This document shows positions 25,461 through 34,934 of a DNA stretch of 64,000 nucleotides, piece by piece. Position numbers and translations under genes: made by a program. Numbering within the stretch: position 1 is the stretch's first letter; each line of letters starts with the position of its first letter. The stretch comes from Eubacteriales bacterium (GTDB lineage Bacteria > Bacillota > Clostridia > Oscillospirales > CAG-272), in the NCBI GenBank assembly GCA_045657105.1, contig JAZOSN010000021.1, forward strand, positions 3,655 to 67,654, given 5' to 3'. The notes below the pieces were generated by a model, which had not been told where the DNA came from, made no database searches, and saw nothing but the letters and a program-made list of their open reading frames with translations.

Positions 25461-26903
25461 TTAATACTGTCTGCCCCAAACGACCATATGCTTTGCCTTC
25501 TTGCCGCAGCATACACAGGTGTCGGACAGGGTTTCTTCCTCGAAAGGAATACATCTCGATTTTACGCCGCCGGTAACGTCTTTAAGCTTATCCTCACACT
25601 CGGAGTCGCCGCACCACATGGCGCGGATAAATCCGGGCTTATTCTCGGCAATATCAAGGAACTCCTCGTAGCTGTACGCCGTGGAAAGCTTGGTTTTGAG
25701 GTTTTCAAGTGCTCTGTTATAAAGCTCCTCGTGAACCTTATCGAGCATCTTGCCGACCTCTTCGACGATATTATCAAGCGAAACGAAGGTCTTTTCACCG
25801 GTAACTCTCGAAACGAGAACGCAGGAATTGTTTTCAATATCTCTCGGTCCGATTTCAAGACGAACGGGAACACCCTTCATCTCGTACTCACTGAACTTCC
25901 AGCCTGCGCTGTTATCCGAATCGTCAAGCTTGACTCTGTAATTTTTAGCGAGTAATCTCTTTATCTCGTCTGCCTTTTCGAGAACGCCCTCCTTGTGTTG
26001 AGCGATCGGAATCATAGCGACCTGAACGGGAGCGACCTTCGGGGGAAGGATAAGTCCGTTGTCGTCACCGTGAGTCATAATAATAGCGCCGATCATTCTC
26101 GTAGAAACACCCCACGAGGTCTGATGAGGATAGCGTATCTTGTTTTCTTTGTCGGTAAAGGTTATATCGAAGGCTTTTGCGAAGCCGTCGCCGAAATAGT
26201 GCGAGGTTCCGCCTTGAAGCGCAACGCCGTTGTGCATCATAGGCTCGATAGTATAGGTTTCGACCGCGCCTGCGAACTTTTCCTTATCGGTCTTTTTACC
26301 GCAGACTGCGGGAATAGCGAGGGTTTCTCTGTAAAAATCCTCGTAGCATTTGAGCATTCTTAGGGTTTCTTCTCTTGCCTCCGCCTCGCTCTCGTGCATC
26401 GTGTGTCCCTCCTGCCAGAGGAATTCCGAGGTACGAAGGAAGGGGCGTGTGGTCTTTTCCCATCTTACAACACTGCACCACTGATTGTAAAGCTTGGGCA
26501 GGTCGCGGTAGGAATGAATTATATTCTTATAGTGATCGCAGAAAAGGGTTTCAGAGGTCGGACGGACGATAAGACGCTCGGAAAGAGTGTTCTGTCCTCC
26601 GATAGTAACTATCGCGCATTCGGGAGCAAATCCCGCAACGTGATCCTTTTCCTTTTGAAGCAGACTTTCGGGAATAAACATCGGCATATATACGTTCTCG
26701 TGTCCGAGCTCCTTGAAGCGACGGTCGAGATCGCTCTGGATATTTTCCCAGATAGCGTAACCGTAGGGACGGATTATCATACAGCCCTTAACGCCCGAAT
26801 AATCTACGAGTTCTGCCTTTTTAACGACGTCGGTGTACCACTGTGCGAAATCGACGTCCATCGCGGTAATTTCGGATACCGCCTTCTTATTGTCCTTTGC
26901 CAT
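25461..26903 (-). CDS. proS: proline--tRNA ligase (archaeal/eukaryote-like short form)
   Basis: 480 aa. [35 protein letters not shown], class II motifs, and the C-terminal Zn-binding CGDSECE...CVCCG. Confidence 0.93.
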   Translation of the reverse strand: MAKDNKKAVSEITAMDVDFAQWYTDVVKKAELVDYSGVKGCMIIRPYGYAIWENIQSDLDRRFKELGHENVYMPMFIPESLLQKEKDHVAGFAPECAIVTIGGQNTLSERLIVRPTSETLFCDHYKNIIHSYRDLPKLYNQWCSVVRWEKTTRPFLRTSEFLWQEGHTMHESEAEAREETLRMLKCYEDFYRETLAIPAVCGKKTDKEKFAGAVETYTIEPMMHNGVALQGGTSHYFGDGFAKAFDITFTDKENKIRYPHQTSWGVSTRMIGAIIMTHGDDNGLILPPKVAPVQVAMIPIAQHKEGVLEKADEIKRLLAKNYRVKLDDSDNSAGWKFSEYEMKGVPVRLEIGPRDIENNSCVLVSRVTGEKTFVSLDNIVEEVGKMLDKVHEELYNRALENLKTKLSTAYSYEEFLDIAENKPGFIRAMWCGDSECEDKLKDVTGGVKSRCIPFEEETLSDTCVCCGKKAKHMVVWGRQY

Positions 26904-27009
26904 TTCAGATGCCTTTCTTTATATATCTTTTATAACTTTTTAATTATATAGCCTTTTTGCGGTTTTGTCAACTTATTAGAGAAATTTTCTTGAAATTATC
27001 GGAAAATTT

Positions 27010-29376
27010 TTACCAAAGCTTAACGTCCCAGCTTGCAAGATAGCGACTGAAAAGGATTTCGTCCCAATCGTTTACCACGCCGTTTTTGTCAAAATCGAGA
27101 GCCTCTGTGAAAATATCGACCTCCCAACCCGCAAGGTATCTGCCGAGCAGGATACAGTCCCAATCGCTCGCAAGTCCGTCGCCGTCCGCATCTCCCTTTA
27201 TAGTAAAGGAGTAGGAAAGCAGGGTTTTGTTTCCCTCAAAGAGAACGAGCGTTGAACCCGTTCCGACGAAATCGTCGGGCGAAAGCGTATTTCCGTTTTT
27301 ATCTATGATCCTTACGTCGTGAGAGTTTTCGATCTTCGCGAGAATATCCGAAGCCTTGGTTTCGACCACTATTCCCTCGACCGTTTTGAGCGAGCTATTA
27401 AGCTTTAAGCTTTCGGTAACTATCTCGGTTTTGAGAACCGCGATGCTCTTAGTTTCGTACGAGGTGCATCTGTCGCAGTCCCTGCGAAGAGTTCCCTTTT
27501 TGAGATAGGTCGACTCGGTTTTTGTATACCACTCGCCGTAATTATGACCTTTTGCCGCTATCGCCTGTGTTTTCACCTTAGCCGAGCAAGCCACGCAAAG
27601 CACGGCGCTCTCGCCCTTTTTCGTGCAGGTCGGCTCGGTAACGGTCTGCCAATTATTCTCGTCGTAGGTATGGCGAGCCGGGGTTATCGATTCATTAACC
27701 ATCTCGGCACATACCGTACATCTCTTTATCATCACTCCATCGGTAGTACAGGAAACGGTAGATATTGTTTCCCACGCTCCGGAGGTGTGTCCGGGAGCGG
27801 TCACAACCCTTTCCTCGACGTGAACCTGACATACCGAGCAGATTATCGCTTCGAGTCCGTCCGTCGTGCAGAGCGTCGGGGTTACGGTTACGAATTTTCC
27901 CGCCTCGTAGGCATGTCCGGGGGATTTTTGAACTATCTCGGTTTCGCTTGCATCTCCGCAGTTTGAGCAGATCTTGCCGACAACGTAGTCGGTTGTGCAG
28001 GAAAGCTCGCTTACCGTCTTTTTGTCGGAAGAATAGCTATGTCCGAGCTTTGTCTTATATACGCGGCTCTCACTGACAAAGCCGCAGTTATCGCAGCAGA
28101 GTCCTTCGAGTCCGTCCTGAGTGCAGTTTACCTCTCTTATGACCTTCCATATCGCGTTATCGTACTTGTGTCCGTTTCGGCAGGCGTATTCCATATGAGG
28201 AATTCCGTGGCTTTCCGCGTATGTCGCGGCATACGAGGTCGCCGAGCAATATATCATTTCAAGAGAAGAGTTTGTAAAAGCATTTTCGGCTATACTTTTT
28301 ACCGTATTCGGAATATATATCGTTTTCAGATGTGTATTTCCGTAAAACGCGCCGTCTGCGATAGCAGAAAGCTGATAAACGTAATCTCCCGACTTTATAT
28401 ATCTTCCGAGATATACGTTTCCGTCGCCCAGTCCGTCGTAAAGAGCGCTTCCCTTATCCGCGCCCGGAACGCCTGCGATTATCGTCTTATAGCTTGTCCC
28501 GTAGGTATATTTTACGCCCTGTCCGTCGATCATATCGCTGCCGAGAACGACTGCCTCTTCAAGAGGAATTATGTAAGAGGTGCTTACCCAACCGAAATAC
28601 GCACCGTACGGGGTATACGCCCATTTACCGTTGCCCGAGATCTGTGTAACCGGAATTATGACCGTATTTTCGATCGATCCTATCGGCTTCTGAGCGGTAG
28701 ATGCGGTCGGACGAACGTTAAGCTCGCTTGAATCTACCGAAACGAAATAATATTTAAGTGCGGGATCTTGCAGATTTATACTACTGTTAAAGAGCTTCGC
28801 CTCTCTAGTTCTGCGCGCCACGAGCGCATCGAGGATCTGTCCGCCTGCGGTAACTCGTTTGAGAAAAGCATCGGTTATCTTAGCCTCGGTCCAGTTTCCT
28901 TCTATAAGCACCTTTTTGACCGCAAAATCATCAAGTGACTGATTCCAGATATACTGACCGCAGTTGTACGAAAGACTGACGAGCGCGTCAAACTGATTCT
29001 GATTTAAGGTAATTCCGTAGTTTTTGATAAAATTATTTACCGCGTTTACGTATTTCGGCATTCTGCTCTTCATAAGAGCGGTCGCCTCTATCTCGGTAAT
29101 TCCGTTCGGATATTCGTTTTCTCCGCAGCTCGTTCCGTAGCCTATCGTCCACTGACTGTAATCCCAGTATGCAAATTCATTGAAGCCCTCAAAGGATTTT
29201 ATCATTTCAAGTCCGAAGGAGCTGAGCTCCATAGGGACGAAAACATTCTCATCTGTCGTGCTCCCCTCGGTCACCGTCTGCACGGTATCCTCGGTCTGCT
29301 CGGTAGCAAAGCTCAGCGAAACGAAGGACTGCGAAACTATAAGTATCGTCAGAATTATGGAAATAAATCTTTTCAT
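27010..29376 (-). CDS. secreted GH24-type lysozyme, SH3b, LRR, tandem Cys-repeat and type I dockerin protein
   Basis: Signal peptide. Phage-lysozyme pattern IKSFEGFNEFAYWDYSQWTIGYGT...QFDALVSLSYNCG. SH3b-like LNVRPTAS..KPIG. BspA-type LRR IADGAFYGNTHLKTIYIPNTVKSIAENAF. About 6 repeats of GH.Y..W......CT.DG.....C..C (nt 27440-28185). Dockerin DADGDGLASDWDCILLGRYLAGW...DFDKNGVVNDWDEILFSRYLASW (nt 27013-27200). Confidence 0.85.
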   Translation of the reverse strand: MKRFISIILTILIVSQSFVSLSFATEQTEDTVQTVTEGSTTDENVFVPMELSSFGLEMIKSFEGFNEFAYWDYSQWTIGYGTSCGENEYPNGITEIEATALMKSRMPKYVNAVNNFIKNYGITLNQNQFDALVSLSYNCGQYIWNQSLDDFAVKKVLIEGNWTEAKITDAFLKRVTAGGQILDALVARRTREAKLFNSSINLQDPALKYYFVSVDSSELNVRPTASTAQKPIGSIENTVIIPVTQISGNGKWAYTPYGAYFGWVSTSYIIPLEEAVVLGSDMIDGQGVKYTYGTSYKTIIAGVPGADKGSALYDGLGDGNVYLGRYIKSGDYVYQLSAIADGAFYGNTHLKTIYIPNTVKSIAENAFTNSSLEMIYCSATSYAATYAESHGIPHMEYACRNGHKYDNAIWKVIREVNCTQDGLEGLCCDNCGFVSESRVYKTKLGHSYSSDKKTVSELSCTTDYVVGKICSNCGDASETEIVQKSPGHAYEAGKFVTVTPTLCTTDGLEAIICSVCQVHVEERVVTAPGHTSGAWETISTVSCTTDGVMIKRCTVCAEMVNESITPARHTYDENNWQTVTEPTCTKKGESAVLCVACSAKVKTQAIAAKGHNYGEWYTKTESTYLKKGTLRRDCDRCTSYETKSIAVLKTEIVTESLKLNSSLKTVEGIVVETKASDILAKIENSHDVRIIDKNGNTLSPDDFVGTGSTLVLFEGNKTLLSYSFTIKGDADGDGLASDWDCILLGRYLAGWEVDIFTEALDFDKNGVVNDWDEILFSRYLASWDVKLW

Positions 29377-29464
29377 AATATGATCGTCCTTTCTCCGAAA
29401 ACGCTCCTGTTTTCGGCGTTCTCGGCATTACGTTACGTTTTGGGCTTTTTCGCCATCTTATACG

Positions 29465-29493
29465 ATTATATCATATCGGGAGTGTTTTGTCAA
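29465..29493 (-). promoter_or_regulatory. consensus sigma-A promoter of the lysozyme-dockerin gene
   Basis: On the minus strand: TTGACA (rc of 29488-29493), 17 nt, TATAAT (rc of 29465-29470). Confidence 0.6.
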
Positions 29494-29532
29494 ATCCTTT
29501 TAGCCGCGTTTTTTCGTTTTTATACCCCGTTT

Positions 29533-29565
29533 TAATAAAAAAATCTGCCAAAAGGCAGATTTTTC
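29533..29565 (-). terminator. rho-independent terminator after the GDPD gene
   Basis: AAATCTGCC-AAAA-GGCAGATTT, followed on the minus strand by TTTTTATTAA. Confidence 0.7.
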
Positions 29566-29572
29566 GGGTAAT

Positions 29573-30403
29573 TTACTTTTCGCTTGGATCAAATCCGTCA
29601 AATATTACACCCGCGCCGACGCTTTCAGCTTTTTCAAGCGTCGTTTTGTCCTTTACCGTCCAGAGAAACTCAGTGGGCGAGTAAAGCGAGCGGCAGAGCG
29701 AGAACGAGAAGCACTCGCGATCCTCGTGCGCGTATGCAATAAAATCGGGCTTTGTAAGGAAATTCGTGAGCAGATTTTTAAGCACGAAGTTTTTTATTTT
29801 CGAAAAACTCTTATCCGTTCTGCGAACGTCACAGGAAAGCTGACCGCGCATTACGTCGGGAGCGATCTTTTTGAGTGCAAGCAGAACGTCGGGATAAAAG
29901 GATTCGATACAGTAGACTCCGCTATATCCTTCGAGCGCCTCTATCACCTTGGCCGCGATCTCGCTCGCATTCCCGTCGTCGGTCTTGATCTCGACTATCA
30001 TAGGAACCTTGCCCGCGTTCAGTGCGAGGACGTCTTCAAAAAGCGGTATCCTTTCGCCGCTTCCTTCGAGCTTATAAGACGATATCTCGCCGTAAGTTGC
30101 CTTTGAAACACAAATATCAACGCCTGCGGTTCTGAGAAGGTTCGGATCGTGTATGACCGCAAGCTTTTTATCTGCGGTAAGATGAACGTCAAGCTCGAAG
30201 CCGTAGCCGTTATCTATCGCCGCTTTGAATGCGGCAAGTGAGTTTTCGGGGATATTTTTTTCGCTTGAAAAGAAGCCTCTGTGAGCGTAGCGGTACTTTT
30301 TTATCTCATCGGTCAGAGCGTGCTTTCGGGACGTCGGCTTTATTGCGAGAACGAAGAGAAGCACGGTCACAAGCAGAGCGATAGCTGCTCCCAAAAAGGG
30401 CAT
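29573..30403 (-). CDS. glycerophosphodiester phosphodiesterase (N-terminal TM anchor)
   Basis: YAHRGFFS..ENSLAAFKAAIDNGYGFELDVHLTADKKLAVIHD. Its ATG overlaps the TGA of the upstream MFS gene (ATGA-type coupling). Confidence 0.85.
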   Translation of the reverse strand: MPFLGAAIALLVTVLLFVLAIKPTSRKHALTDEIKKYRYAHRGFFSSEKNIPENSLAAFKAAIDNGYGFELDVHLTADKKLAVIHDPNLLRTAGVDICVSKATYGEISSYKLEGSGERIPLFEDVLALNAGKVPMIVEIKTDDGNASEIAAKVIEALEGYSGVYCIESFYPDVLLALKKIAPDVMRGQLSCDVRRTDKSFSKIKNFVLKNLLTNFLTKPDFIAYAHEDRECFSFSLCRSLYSPTEFLWTVKDKTTLEKAESVGAGVIFDGFDPSEK

Positions 30404-31806
30404 CAGTCCTCGCCTCCGGCAAGAGCTTCAAGCGCGGTCTGCTTTGCATCGGGACGGCTATCGCCGTGCTTTACACAAAGCATGGTAACGAAGGAAATTG
30501 CCACACAAAGAGCGGCGTACGGGAAAAGAAGCTTGTAGCTTATATTCAGGAAAACGCCCGAAAGTACGGGAGTTATTACCTGTGCCGCCATCGAGAAGGC
30601 GTAGTAATATCCCGTGTATTTTCCAATATCGCTTCCGCGGCTCATCTCAACGACCATCGGGAAGGAGTTTACGTTTATCGACGCCCACGCGATTCCGACG
30701 AGTGCGAAAACGATATTTATATACCACTCAAATTTACAAAATCCTGCGATAAGGAAGCAGATAGCAAGAAGAGCAACTCCGAAGAGTATCGTCTTTTTAC
30801 GTCCGATCTTACTTGAAATGATACCGATCGGAACGAACGAGAAGAGCGCAACGCCCATAGCTATCATAAGACAGATAGCCGTCGTCGAGTCGGTAAGCTG
30901 CCATACCTCTACCGAATATCTCGAAAGCGCGGAGGTGACCGCGTTATATCCCATATACCAGAACGCTACCGAAAGAAGCATAAATATAAGGCTTCTGAGC
31001 ACGTCTTTCGGCATCTTTTTGCCTGCGTTTTCATCGGTAGGCTCTTCGTCGGCGATACCGTGTGCGCGCTCGAACTGTTCTCTTTCGGCAACGAACTTGT
31101 TTTCCTTAACGAAAAGGAGAAGAACTACGACCGAGAGTATCATTATAACGCCGAGTATTGCAAAAACTGCCGTATAATCGGGATTTATTCTCGTGAAGCT
31201 GTCGTTTACTCCGAAATATGTCTGCTCGCAGGAAGAACAGAAAACGTTCTGCACTCCGCTTCCGAGATTATCGACGGTATGTCCGTCCGGACAGACATAG
31301 GTGTATTTCGAGGTATCGAATATCATAATAAGTACAAGCGTGATAAGTCCGCCGACCGAGCCGAGCAGGTTTATTATGGCGTTACCCTTCGAGCGAAGCG
31401 GCTTGGGAGTAACGTCGGGCATAAGCGAAACGGCGGGAGAACGGAAGGTGCTCATTGCAACAAGCGCAAGGAAGAGCGCCGCGATGAACAGAATCAGGTT
31501 CTCGTGGTTTGCGGCAAACGGCATAAGCATCATAAAGACGACTGCCGCCATAGTTCCAAATACTATGTAGGGCATACGCTTACCTATCTTTGTGTGCGTT
31601 CTGTCTGAAAGAGCGCCGAAGATTGGAAGCATAAAGAGCGCAAAAATGTTATCAAGCGCCATTACTCCGCCCGAAAACACCTCGTTATTTATACCGAACG
31701 TGTATTTAAGGAGCAGAGGCACGACAGCATCGTAGAGCTGCCAGAAGCCGCATATTGCCATAAAGGCAAATCCGACTATAACGGTTCTTTTTGTGTTAAG
31801 CTTCAT
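30403..31806 (-). CDS. MFS transporter, GPH/SLC45-like glycoside transporter
   Basis: About 12 TM segments. GALSDRTHTKIGKRMPY matches the D-R-x-x-x-x-G-(K/R)-R-x-P motif of GPH-type carriers. The central loop carries a Cys/His insertion. Confidence 0.8.
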   Translation of the reverse strand: MKLNTKRTVIVGFAFMAICGFWQLYDAVVPLLLKYTFGINNEVFSGGVMALDNIFALFMLPIFGALSDRTHTKIGKRMPYIVFGTMAAVVFMMLMPFAANHENLILFIAALFLALVAMSTFRSPAVSLMPDVTPKPLRSKGNAIINLLGSVGGLITLVLIMIFDTSKYTYVCPDGHTVDNLGSGVQNVFCSSCEQTYFGVNDSFTRINPDYTAVFAILGVIMILSVVVLLLFVKENKFVAEREQFERAHGIADEEPTDENAGKKMPKDVLRSLIFMLLSVAFWYMGYNAVTSALSRYSVEVWQLTDSTTAICLMIAMGVALFSFVPIGIISSKIGRKKTILFGVALLAICFLIAGFCKFEWYINIVFALVGIAWASINVNSFPMVVEMSRGSDIGKYTGYYYAFSMAAQVITPVLSGVFLNISYKLLFPYAALCVAISFVTMLCVKHGDSRPDAKQTALEALAGGED

Positions 31807-31808
31807 TT

Positions 31809-32615
31809 TCAGAGAATTTCCTTTCGCAGGTATTTATCATATATTACACCGATGTTTTCGGTTATAACAGTCGGCTTAATATCACTTTTTTCGGCTTCCT
31901 CGGCAGTCGTTTCACCCGAAAGCACGAGGACGGTATCAATGCCCGCGTTCACACCGCAGGCAATATCGGTATAAATCCGGTCGCCTATCATAACACTTTC
32001 TTCGGGAAGAGCCTTGCAGGCCTCGATTGCCGCATATACCATTTCGGGCTTCGGCTTGCCTATGACCGTCGGCGTTTTTCCGGTAGCGAGTGTAAGCATC
32101 TGACAGACCGAGCCGCAGTCGGGCACGTAGCCGTATTCGGTCGGACACACCCAGTCGGGGTGCGTTGCTATAAACTCCGCGCCCTCAGAAAGAAGTCTTG
32201 ACGCGTCATCCAGCTTTTTGAAGGTAAGCTCGGTATCAAAGCCGCATAGCAGTACGGGTATTCCCTTTTCGTACTCGCCCGTCACGTTAAGTCCCGCCTC
32301 GGCAAGCTGCCTTTTAAAGGACTCTGTTCCGAAAGCGTATATGCGCTTGTCCTTATATCCGTTTTTAAGAAGATAGGCAGCCGTCGCCTCGGTAGAGGAG
32401 AAAAAATCTCTCGGCTCTGCTTTTATTCCGAGCTTTCCGAGCTTTTCGACGTAGGCGTCCGCGCTTTTCGACGAATTGTTCGTCAAAAACATATACCGTC
32501 CGCCGCGCTCCTTTACAAGCGCAAGGAATTCGGTGACCTTATCAAAAAGTTTATTTCCGAGATACAAAGTTCCGTCCATATCAAGAAGGAACAGTTTTTT
32601 GTTTTTAATGTCCAT
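31809..32615 (-). CDS. HAD-IIA family (NagD/AraL-like) sugar phosphatase
   Basis: FLLDMDGTLYLG, FLTNNSSKS, GKP, and MIGDRIYTDIACGVNAGIDTVLVLSGET. Confidence 0.85.
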   Translation of the reverse strand: MDIKNKKLFLLDMDGTLYLGNKLFDKVTEFLALVKERGGRYMFLTNNSSKSADAYVEKLGKLGIKAEPRDFFSSTEATAAYLLKNGYKDKRIYAFGTESFKRQLAEAGLNVTGEYEKGIPVLLCGFDTELTFKKLDDASRLLSEGAEFIATHPDWVCPTEYGYVPDCGSVCQMLTLATGKTPTVIGKPKPEMVYAAIEACKALPEESVMIGDRIYTDIACGVNAGIDTVLVLSGETTAEEAEKSDIKPTVITENIGVIYDKYLRKEIL

Positions 32616-32630
32616 AGTCTGTCCCCTTTT

Positions 32631-33482
32631 TTACATAGACTCGGCGTTTATAGCCTTGCGGTAAACGCTCGGCGTACAGCCCTTGACCTTGCGGAATATC
32701 CTGTTAAAATACGTGACCGACGAAAATCCGACGTCGAGCGCGATCTCCATAATGCTCTTTTCGCTCATCTTAAAGAGCTTCTCGGACTTACTTATCCGAA
32801 CGAAATTGAGATATTCACAGAAGCTCGATCCGGTCGCGGTCTTGAAAAGACGGCAGAAATAAGAGGGATTTATATTTAAAACTCCGCTTATTTCTTCAAG
32901 CGATATCTCTCTTGCATAATTTTCATCAATATATTCAAGTGCGGGCATAATACGGACGATGCCCGGACTTGCGAGTATCCTGTTGTTGTTTTCTATTACT
33001 TTATATCTACTGAGATAGGCTATCGTAGAGTATATGCAGGATTTGACGTACTCCTCGTATCCGATCTTTTTGCCGGCGAACTCCTTATACATAACGTCGA
33101 TACTCTCGCAGAGCTCGGGACAGTTCTGCACAACGAAGCACTGTCTGTCGGTATATTCTGAAAAACGTGCAAGTACCGTTCCTATCTTGCTTATGGAGTT
33201 GTCAATATAGTTATCTATTCTGTACTGAACGAGTATCTGCTCGGTAGCCCCTTCCGCGACAGTCACGAGATGCGGAACTCGCGAGTTGACGAATATGACC
33301 TCTCCCTCGGTGGCGAAATACTCTTCCTCGCCAACGACGCATTTGAGTCTGCCGCTCACAACGCGAAGGAGCTCTATTTCGTCGTGCAGATGCACCTTAC
33401 AGAGGTAGTTCTTTTTGCTTTTTTGATAGCTTATATGCACGGGCGTATTGGGAAGACTCGCCGCAACTATTTCATTTTTCAT
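32631..33482 (-). CDS. AraC-family transcriptional regulator (cupin N-domain plus 2x HTH)
   Basis: ATG 33482 with AAGGAGG 9 nt upstream; the track ORF starts 15 codons earlier. C-terminus ISLEEISGVLNINPSYFCRLFK...IALDVGFSSVTYFNRIFRKVKGCTPSVYRK. It lies only 15 nt upstream of the HAD gene, so it is probably the first gene of that operon. Confidence 0.85.
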   Translation of the reverse strand: MKNEIVAASLPNTPVHISYQKSKKNYLCKVHLHDEIELLRVVSGRLKCVVGEEEYFATEGEVIFVNSRVPHLVTVAEGATEQILVQYRIDNYIDNSISKIGTVLARFSEYTDRQCFVVQNCPELCESIDVMYKEFAGKKIGYEEYVKSCIYSTIAYLSRYKVIENNNRILASPGIVRIMPALEYIDENYAREISLEEISGVLNINPSYFCRLFKTATGSSFCEYLNFVRISKSEKLFKMSEKSIMEIALDVGFSSVTYFNRIFRKVKGCTPSVYRKAINAESM

Positions 33483-33688
33483 CAAGTTCGACCTCCTTTT
33501 TAGGCAGTAAAAGCGCATCAATGTCAATTTTGTGTAAATTTAGGTCAAAATTATTGTAGAACTGCTTTGAGGTATGGCTTATAATTACATTAGTACGATA
33601 TTGACATTTTGATTATATCAAATGCTTTACGACTTGTCAATATCAAGCAAAGTTAAAAATAAATTTTATTTTCAAGGAGAATTTACTT

Positions 33689-34855
33689 ATGGCAAACATT
33701 CTTGATGCATTTAAAGAAGATCAGACCGTTGTTACCATCGACGCGAGCAAAAAGCTTAAAGTCGGAATTATCGGAACGGGTTGGATAGCAGAGGCTCATA
33801 TGGCTCAGCTCCTCAAAATGCCCGACGTTGAGGTCGTTGCGGGCGCAGACCTCATTCCCGGCAAAGCAGAAAAGTTTATGAAGAAGTTCGGTAAAGAGGA
33901 AGCAAGATGCTACCTCAGCGGACACGAGATGCTCGAAGCAGAAGAGCTTGACGCGGTCTGCATCTGCACCTACAACCGTCAGCACGCTCCCTGTGCTATC
34001 GACGCTCTCGAGCACGGCGTACACGTTATGCTCGAAAAGCCCTTCACCGTAACCACCGAGGAAGCGGTTGAGTGCATCAGAGCCGAGAAGAAGAGCGGAA
34101 AGATCCTCTCTATCGGCTTCCAGCCCAGATTTAACCCCAATATGCAGCTCATAAAGAAGATCGTTCAGTCGGGACAGCTCGGCAAGATCTACTATATTCA
34201 GACCGGTGGCGGACGCCGCAGAGGTATTCCTACTCCCTTCGGTACCACCTTTATTGAGGATAAAACCGCAGGTATCGGCGCTATGGCAGACATCGGTTGC
34301 TACTCACTCGATATGGTGCTTAACGCTCTCGGTTATCCGAAGCCTCTTACCGTTTCGGGCTTTACCACCGACTATTTCGGAAAGGATCCCGAATACTGGA
34401 CCACTCAGAACAAGCCGGCAGAATATGCAGACATCTTCGAGGTTGACGACTTCGCAGGCGGTCTTATCCGTCTTGAAGGCGGCATAATCCTTGACTTCCG
34501 TATTGCTTGGGCTATGCACCTCGACACTCCCGGTGACACTATTATTATGGGTACAAAGGGATCGCTCCGTATTCCTTCGACCGAATGCTGGAACGGAACT
34601 ATCGGCGGACCTCTTAAAATTTACCACAACGTCGAAGGCACCGGCGTCGGCGTTGCTACCGAGATCCCGATGCAGGCAGCTCCCAAGGAGGGCGAGTTCT
34701 ATCACAAGCTCCGTTCCTTCTTTGACGCTATCAAGAGCGGCGGAAAGGCTCCCGTTCCTTCGAGCGAGATCCTCTACAATCAGGCTATTATCGACCACAT
34801 CGTCAAGTCCTCGAAATGCGGACACGAGGTTGAGGTCGTTATCCCCGAGATCTAA
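33689..34855 (+). CDS. Gfo/Idh/MocA-family NAD(P)-dependent oxidoreductase
   Basis: Rossmann motif KVGIIGTGWIAEAH, plus EKPFT and GG.GA..D.G.H-type C-domain features. RBS is AAGGAGA. Confidence 0.85.
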   Translation: MANILDAFKEDQTVVTIDASKKLKVGIIGTGWIAEAHMAQLLKMPDVEVVAGADLIPGKAEKFMKKFGKEEARCYLSGHEMLEAEELDAVCICTYNRQHAPCAIDALEHGVHVMLEKPFTVTTEEAVECIRAEKKSGKILSIGFQPRFNPNMQLIKKIVQSGQLGKIYYIQTGGGRRRGIPTPFGTTFIEDKTAGIGAMADIGCYSLDMVLNALGYPKPLTVSGFTTDYFGKDPEYWTTQNKPAEYADIFEVDDFAGGLIRLEGGIILDFRIAWAMHLDTPGDTIIMGTKGSLRIPSTECWNGTIGGPLKIYHNVEGTGVGVATEIPMQAAPKEGEFYHKLRSFFDAIKSGGKAPVPSSEILYNQAIIDHIVKSSKCGHEVEVVIPEI

Positions 34856-34934
34856 ACAAAGCGCATAACAAATTTTGCCTCGAAGCGCTTTGCGCTTCGA
34901 GGCGTACTCACAATATAGAAAGAAGGTAATTATT

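Noticed and set aside
26904-27009. Possible T-box riboswitch upstream of proS
   Set aside because: Only about 105 nt are available. I see no specifier-loop/T-box (..GGTGGTACCGCG..) sequence and no terminator/antiterminator pair.
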